NCBI RefSeq assembly: GCF_000008645.1
Contig: NC_000916.1
Coordinates: forward strand, 540,001 to 572,000
Direction of reading: 5' to 3'
DNA length: 32,000 nucleotides
Origin: Methanothermobacter thermautotrophicus str. Delta H
GTDB lineage: Archaea; Methanobacteriota; Methanobacteria; Methanobacteriales; Methanothermobacteraceae
The notes under the pieces were generated by a model. The model was not told where the DNA came from and ran no database searches. It worked only from the letters and a program-made list of their open reading frames with translations. The stretch's first letter is position 1. Each line of letters starts with the position of its first letter. The position numbers were made by a program, and so were the translations under genes. Below, piece after piece: positions 27,268 to 32,000 of this stretch.

Positions 27268-27507
27268 TTAGACAATTGTCAGAACCCTGTATATCACTAT
27301 CGCTGCAAACACTATCAGCAGTGGCAGAATTGCCACGTTGGAACCGGATACCAGTGCCTTTAATGTTTCGTTTCCTGTTTCATCGGAGCTGAGCACCTCC
27401 TTAACAGCCAGGAAACCAATAAGTGCAATTACTGCTATTATGCTGTATGTCATGACATCTGCGGTTGTCACCGTGGTGGTAGTTGTTGTTGTGACTGTCG
27501 AAATCAT
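27268..27507 (-). CDS. Small membrane protein with an N-terminal poly-threonine tract
   Basis: ATG 27507 is preceded by GGAGGT. The product is MISTVTTTTTTTVTTADV followed by two hydrophobic helices. The upstream extension to 27588 lacks an RBS and abuts the DUF167 gene. Confidence 0.55.
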   Translation of the reverse strand: MISTVTTTTTTTVTTADVMTYSIIAVIALIGFLAVKEVLSSDETGNETLKALVSGSNVAILPLLIVFAAIVIYRVLTIV

Positions 27508-27584
27508 TTCTAACCTCCAGTTGTTTTTTTTATCTTGATGACTAATAAAGTTTTCTGTACATTTAATAACAGCTCTTAAAACAT

Positions 27585-27899
27585 TCATGGAATTTCAAGA
27601 CCAAATTTTTCTGAGACCAGCTTCAGGAAGAGATCCCTTCCCATGCCCTGAATCCTGATTGTCTTCTGACGGCTCTTCTGCCCTGACACTATCTCAACAT
27701 CCCTTCCAAAGGTCTCTGAGAATTCCTTTATTATCTCCCTGTTTGCCTTCCCTTTCTGGGGGGGTGAATGGATCTTCACCTCAATCCTCTTCCGCCATTC
27801 ATTGTAGGATGGGATCCCAAATTTTCCCGATGCAGGTGATACCTCAATGTTCACAAGAAGGTCATCACCCACCTCCCTAAGACAGTCCATAGTGATCAC
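27585..27899 (-). CDS. DUF167 / YggU-family protein (UPF0235)
   Basis: VNIEVSPASGK...IEVKIHSPPQKGKANREIIKEFSETFGRDVEIVSGQKSRQKTIRI matches the YggU pattern (P..GKAN..l..fla...gv....i.i.sG..sr.K.i.i). Confidence 0.85.
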   Translation of the reverse strand: MITMDCLREVGDDLLVNIEVSPASGKFGIPSYNEWRKRIEVKIHSPPQKGKANREIIKEFSETFGRDVEIVSGQKSRQKTIRIQGMGRDLFLKLVSEKFGLEIP

Positions 27900-28020
27900 C
27901 CGTCAGGTCGCTAATAACTGAGAATTCAGCTTTCAGCCTATCGGTATATCCTTTCATCTGCATAAATATGATGGCACCAGCAGGTCCCGTTTCATGGCAG
28001 ATGTCTGAACTACCGCAAAC

Positions 28021-28028
28021 TTTAAATA
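28021..28028 (+). promoter_or_regulatory. TATA-like box (tttaaata) upstream of tRNA-Leu
   Basis: AT-rich box about 55 nt upstream of the mature tRNA 5' end, consistent with a TSS near 28050 and a short leader. Confidence 0.3.
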
Positions 28029-28079
28029 GTAAAATGTAGATACTTTGTTTCACTCCCCGATCAGCACTGATTTTCCCAT

Positions 28080-28166
<87 letters not shown>

Positions 28167-28285
28167 CTATTTCATCAATTTTGAGTAGGCAGTACTGGAC
28201 TTCAAAGTTTTTTTAATAGTAAGATTCCAAACTGTACTTAATCTCAGGTTCTCAATGGCTTCCAGCAAGTATAAATAGCGCAGAA

Positions 28286-28711
28286 TTAATATTCGACTAT
28301 TATCTCAACCTTGAGTTCCCTGCCCTTCCTCAGATCCCTCACAAGATTCTCATCAAGATCAAATGCCGCCTTATCAGCCCGTATCATCAGCGTCCTGCTG
28401 CAGATGTAATCACTCTTCCTGCACACTATATCTGTTGGATGGTCAAGGGTGAGTTCAGGGTGCCCGTAGCCCCTTATCTCATCATAACCATTCTCTGTCC
28501 TCAGTATAACCCTGACCAGTGATGATTCACGTGCTATGGCCCTCTTCATCTCATCGGGAAGTGTTGATATGGAATCAGATGATGAAACACCTATTATACA
28601 GTCTGCTGTTTCACCTATCTCAGGGTCCACAGTGACCTCAAAGGTTGTCCTGTGGCCTGCTGTGACATTGGGATGTCCCCTTGCCCTCAGAGTATATCTC
28701 AACACTCCCAT
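28286..28711 (-). CDS. DUF371 family protein
   Basis: The pattern RARGHPNVTAGHRTTFEVT...ETADCIIGV is typical of DUF371. ATG 28711 is preceded by GGTGAT; the 28771 start is TTG. Confidence 0.75.
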   Translation of the reverse strand: MGVLRYTLRARGHPNVTAGHRTTFEVTVDPEIGETADCIIGVSSSDSISTLPDEMKRAIARESSLVRVILRTENGYDEIRGYGHPELTLDHPTDIVCRKSDYICSRTLMIRADKAAFDLDENLVRDLRKGRELKVEIIVEY

Positions 28712-28776
28712 TGGATCACCATGGAAAAATTGGGTTTCTGCAGGGCCCAGAAAAAAGAGTTCAACTGGCAAAAAAT

Positions 28777-28947
28777 CTACTCTGCCTTCGTACCTCCCCA
28801 GAGGGCTACAAGCCCGATAATTATTTTAAGGGCAGCGTGCCATGCCGGGTCCTTGAGAGCCGGATACGGAATCCCAAGGTAACCCAGTATACCCATCAGT
28901 ACCAGTATTATACCAATTATATAAAGCAACCATTTTGCCACTGCCAT
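28777..28947 (-). CDS. Small two-TM membrane protein (56 aa), paralog of 29594-29791
   Basis: Manual translation: MAVAKWLLYIIGIILVLMGILGYLGIPYPALKDPAWHAALKIIIGLVALWGGTKAE. ATG 28947 is preceded by GGGGGTGAT. Shares P.WHAALK.I.G with the 65-aa ORF at 29594-29791. Below the ORF-track length cutoff. Confidence 0.6.
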   Translation of the reverse strand: MAVAKWLLYIIGIILVLMGILGYLGIPYPALKDPAWHAALKIIIGLVALWGGTKAE

Positions 28948-29170
28948 GGTATCACCCCCACTGGTAATGGTACCCTGCAGAAACCAGAATTAATATTAAA
29001 TTGTGATGGATATAAATTTTACTAAAAGTTTCTTGCTGTGATAATAACCATTCGATTTATTACCTGAAATGAGTGTACATCATCTTAAATTAGTAAATGT
29101 TCAGCTAAGATTATTATACATGATGTACAGAAGATATGCACCTATGAAAACGCCCAGTTAAATCCAGGGA

Positions 29171-29593
29171 ATGATGCTGATGAAGGGAACGTACTGTCTC
29201 ATTATAAACTGCAGAGGGACTGAAAGGAGGATCGGAAGCCTTGGAACCGTGAGGTTCCCTCCAGGCTTCTATGTATATGTTGGTTCCGGCTTCAGCTCCC
29301 TTGAGGCGAGGATAAAAAGACACCTCAGCTCCGAGAAAAGGAGGAGGTGGCACATAGACCACTTCCTGGACGGTGCAGAGGTTGAATGTGTCCTCTACAC
29401 AACAGATAAAAGAAGACTTGAGTGTGCAGTTTCAGAGAAGCTCCATGGAGAAAAATCTGTCAGGGGCTTCGGCTGTTCAGACTGTAGTTGCAAATCACAC
29501 CTGCATCACTTCAAAAATAAAAATGATGCCACAGAATCTGTGAAGAGGGCCTTCAGGGAACTGGGAGCTGAGGTCCATGAATGGGGGATATGA
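29171..29593 (+). CDS. DUF123 protein (GIY-YIG/Uri nuclease superfamily-like)
   Basis: GTYCLII......IGSLG...F..GFYVYVGSG...LEARIKRH.....+..WHIDHF is the DUF123 signature layout. Confidence 0.8.
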   Translation: MMLMKGTYCLIINCRGTERRIGSLGTVRFPPGFYVYVGSGFSSLEARIKRHLSSEKRRRWHIDHFLDGAEVECVLYTTDKRRLECAVSEKLHGEKSVRGFGCSDCSCKSHLHHFKNKNDATESVKRAFRELGAEVHEWGI

Positions 29594-29791
29594 CTATCCC
29601 CTCAGGAGTTTAACCCCTGCAGCCATCATCACAGCCCCAAAGATTAACTTAAGGGCTGCGTGCCATTGGGGCTCAGTTCCAAGGGCACCTGATGGGTCAA
29701 GTGCCCATACCGCCATAATCACTATCAGAAATCCAGCTGCCAGATGGAATACTCCAAGCTGCTCAAACCTCTCCATAACCATATCCTCCAT
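29594..29791 (-). CDS. Small two-TM membrane protein, paralog of 28777-28947
   Basis: 65-aa ORF with two hydrophobic helices and the shared motif EPQWHAALKLIFGAV. It is convergent with the DUF123 gene with zero gap. Confidence 0.55.
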   Translation of the reverse strand: MEDMVMERFEQLGVFHLAAGFLIVIMAVWALDPSGALGTEPQWHAALKLIFGAVMMAAGVKLLRG

Positions 29792-29845
29792 CAGAGACCA
29801 TGAAAGACCAACCTGTGATAGGATGAATCTCAGGAACCACCTTCA

Positions 29846-30643
29846 TTAACCCTCAACCCTGAATTTTCTGAAGAATTCCTCAAACTCCTCCTGATCCATT
29901 GGTTCGGGTACCGTGAATTCAGTGTTCCTGTAGATATCCTCCGCAAGTTTCCTGTAAACAGAGGCCTGTTCAGACTCAGGGAACCGTTCTATGACAGTCC
30001 TGGCCTCAAGCTCACTCTCCTGGACAAGATTGCTTCTGGGCACAGCTCCAATCAGCCTTGAACCTATCCTTGAAGCAAATTCAGATACGATTTCCACCTC
30101 ATCCCTGATGCCCCTGCAGTTACATATGACACCTCCAAGTTTACCCTTGAGCTTCCTTATGCCCCGTGCAATGTTGTTGGCTGCGTAAAGGGACATGTAC
30201 TCACCGGATGTAACTATGTAGACCTCATCTGCAAAGTCCTCCCTCAGGGGAACTGCGAAGCCTCCGCAGACAACGTCACCAAGGACATCATAGATAACGA
30301 CATCAATGTCCTCCCTGAATACTCCAAGCCTTTCCAGGAGGTTCATTGCAACTATGACGCCCCTCCCGGCACACCCCACACCTGGTTCAGGGCCCCCTGA
30401 TTCAACGCACCTTACACCCCCAAATCCTGTGTGTATTACCTCAGAAACATCGGGTTCTCTGTTCTCCTTCAGCACATCCAGAACCGTGGGGAGCCTCTCA
30501 CCATAGAGTGTCCTTGTGGTATCTGCCTTGGGGTCACAGCCTATCACAAGGACCCTGTGCTCCGATGAATAAGCCGCTGCCATGTTTGAGACGATGGTGG
30601 ATTTACCTATACCTCCCTTACCATAGATGGCTATCCTCTTCAT
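29846..30643 (-). CDS. cfbC: NifH-like ATPase, most likely the Ni-sirohydrochlorin a,c-diamide reductive cyclase component CfbC (coenzyme F430 biosynthesis)
   Basis: YGKGGIGKST P-loop and the two [4Fe-4S] cysteines (GCAGRG, VVCGGF). Short (265 aa) and not embedded in a nifHDK operon. Methanogen context. Confidence 0.8.
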   Translation of the reverse strand: MKRIAIYGKGGIGKSTIVSNMAAAYSSEHRVLVIGCDPKADTTRTLYGERLPTVLDVLKENREPDVSEVIHTGFGGVRCVESGGPEPGVGCAGRGVIVAMNLLERLGVFREDIDVVIYDVLGDVVCGGFAVPLREDFADEVYIVTSGEYMSLYAANNIARGIRKLKGKLGGVICNCRGIRDEVEIVSEFASRIGSRLIGAVPRSNLVQESELEARTVIERFPESEQASVYRKLAEDIYRNTEFTVPEPMDQEEFEEFFRKFRVEG

Positions 30644-30661
30644 TGAGACACCACTGAGCGA

Positions 30662-31165
30662 TCACTTAACAAAGGCCCCTATTATATCTCCCCTCGTTAT
30701 TATTCCGGCCAGCCTTCCATTCTCATCAATCACTGGCAGTCTCTTGATGTCATGCCTTTCCATGAGCTCAGCTGCATCTGAGACCGAGGCGTGTGGGGGC
30801 ACGGTTACAACCTTAGGGGTCATTATCTCCTCCACGCGCATGACCGCAGCCTTCCTTATACCCCTCGCTATCTCATCATATTCGTGTTTCATGCGGAGGG
30901 GGAGTTCAAGGAGGTCCAGTGGTGAGGGCATGATGAGGTTAAGGCTGGGGGAGTGGACCTCTATGAGCCTCATTATATCTCCCTCACTGATGATACCCAC
31001 AAGTTTCCCGTCCTCGTCCACAACCGGGGCACCGCTTATCCTGTTCTCCCTGAGTACCCTTGCCGCATCATGGATACTGCTGGTTCTCTTAACGGTTATA
31101 ACATCGCTCTGCATAGCATCCTTTACCCTTATCATCTCTTCACCCATCTTTAATATGTGGACCAT
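30662..31165 (-). CDS. CBS-domain pair protein
   Basis: Two CBS modules (VITV....I.DAA.....N.ISGAPVVDEDGKLVGIISEGDI and VVTV....V.DAAELM..H.IKRLPVIDENGRLAGIITRGDI). The start is uncertain: ATG 31165, 31147 or 31135. The longer ORF to 31363 overlaps the U32 gene and is rejected. Confidence 0.8.
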   Translation of the reverse strand: MVHILKMGEEMIRVKDAMQSDVITVKRTSSIHDAARVLRENRISGAPVVDEDGKLVGIISEGDIMRLIEVHSPSLNLIMPSPLDLLELPLRMKHEYDEIARGIRKAAVMRVEEIMTPKVVTVPPHASVSDAAELMERHDIKRLPVIDENGRLAGIITRGDIIGAFVK

Positions 31166-31280
31166 CACTTTTAAAAATAACAGTCCCCCTCCACATACTG
31201 ACCTGGAAAGATGATGTTTAGGAGGCCAGAAAAAAGGAACAACTGGAACATTGAAGGTGGGTTTTTCAGAAACCGGGTTC

Positions 31281-32000
31281 TCAGGAATCAGGCCTCTTAA
31301 CTCTCCTGTAGACAAGATCCCCTGGCCGGACCCTGTCCTCAACAAGGAGGCCAACCTCCCCACCTTCAGCCACCTCTACCGATTCCCCCTCTATCTGGAG
31401 GGACTTAACACGCTGTATGAGGGCCCCGGTGGTTTTTCCCTGGATTATAACCTCATCACCCACCCTGAGGGGTCTCCATAGTCGTAGTCTTGCTGCACCG
31501 ACCTTCCTGTAGTAATTAACTACCTCTCCAATGTCCTCCTTGATGTATTCGGATATGTTTCCGCTGCTACCGTTCTCAGGTTCGCTGAAATAGAATCCCG
31601 TGCTGAAGCCCCTGTTGAAGACCTTTCTAAGTTCACTGAGCCAGCGCTCCTCAAATCTCCACTCACCACTGAGGTACCTGTCCAGGGCCTCCCTGTAGAC
31701 ACCTGTCACCGTTGCAACGTAATCAGCAGGGCGCCCTCGACCCTCAATTTTAAGTGCATGGACACCTGCATCAACAAGTTCAGGTATGTGCTCGATCATG
31801 CAGAGATCCGCGGGACTCAGGAGGTAGCTCCTTACAGCCTCTGAAGCTGACACCTCAAGGTCGAATTCACCGTCCTCGGATACCAGTCTCCAGCTCTTCC
31901 TGCAGGGCTGCAGGCAGTCACCACAGTTTGCACTTCTGCCATAGAGGTAGGAACTCAGGTAGCACCTCCCTGAGATGGCGGTGCAGAGGGCTCCGTGAAC
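31281..32000 (-). CDS. Peptidase U32 family protein, C-terminal part (gene continues beyond the right edge)
   Basis: Manual translation from the window edge gives [34 protein letters not shown], the U32 signature region. It continues in frame into the listed ORF (ALKIEGRGR...). Confidence 0.85.
   Translation of the reverse strand, partial: VHGALCTAISGRCYLSSYLYGRSANCGDCLQPCRKSWRLVSEDGEFDLEVSASEAVRSYLLSPADLCMIEHIPELVDAGVHALKIEGRGRPADYVATVTGVYREALDRYLSGEWRFEERWLSELRKVFNRGFSTGFYFSEPENGSSGNISEYIKEDIGEVVNYYRKVGAARLRLWRPLRVGDEVIIQGKTTGALIQRVKSLQIEGESVEVAEGGEVGLLVEDRVRPGDLVYRRVKRPDS

Noticed and set aside
30627-31214. 195-aa plus-strand ORF opposite the CBS-domain gene
   Set aside because: It is antisense to a gene with two clear CBS modules, and is low-complexity with no RBS.
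31166-31363. 66-codon N-terminal extension of the CBS protein
   Set aside because: It overlaps the 3' end of the U32 gene out of frame and has no CBS similarity. A TATA-like TTATTTTTAAAA and internal ATGs (31165, 31147, 31135) fit better.

Overview
This 32-kb window is a gene-dense chromosomal segment of a methanogenic archaeon: about 45 genes, short AT-rich spacers with TATA-like boxes, GGAGG/GGTGA-type RBS and AGG/ATA-rich codon usage. Gene content and order match my recollection of the Methanothermobacter thermautotrophicus MTH603-MTH645 region. That is memory, not a search. Left to right: a partial NikR-like regulator divergent from a ZnuABC-type metal ABC importer; rpiA, UPF0179 and egsA (archaeal lipid G1P dehydrogenase) on the minus strand; proS; a membrane protein, cofC (F420) and thiD; purA; a 442-aa wHTH/AAA+ ATPase; ogt divergent from a large membrane PAS histidine kinase plus an MgtE-like transporter; a coiled-coil protein; a tandem-rhodanese sulfurtransferase; a minus-strand GerW(YtfJ)-like / DUF2953(YtfI)-like / small ORF / CPBP protease cluster; a GyrI-like protein; an EamA-type transporter; galE; a 643-aa ribokinase-fold/AAA+ fusion; a TPR-CPBP protease fusion; galU; two envelope proteins; DUF167 (YggU); tRNA-Leu(GAG); DUF371; a DUF123 GIY-YIG-like protein flanked by two paralogous mini membrane proteins; and cfbC (NifH-like, F430), a CBS protein and a partial peptidase-U32 gene. 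I saw no CRISPR array, rRNA, transposase or integrase. The best candidate for an undescribed system is the galE-coupled ribokinase-fold/AAA+ fusion followed by the TPR-CPBP membrane protease (22392-25656). Three genes look disrupted: a proS C-terminal frameshift that removes the conserved terminal ...ARTY, an in-frame TAG in the EamA gene, and a 5' frameshift in the DUF2953 gene. Two of the three lie at short repeat tracts, which suggests assembly errors or strain-specific lesions. Other points are a 45-bp tandem duplication with a GTGTA-CA-TACAC dyad in the ogt/kinase divergent promoter, and a 9-bp dyad in the nikR/znuA spacer. All functional calls rest on motif recognition in the supplied translations or my own manual translations; no database search was possible.
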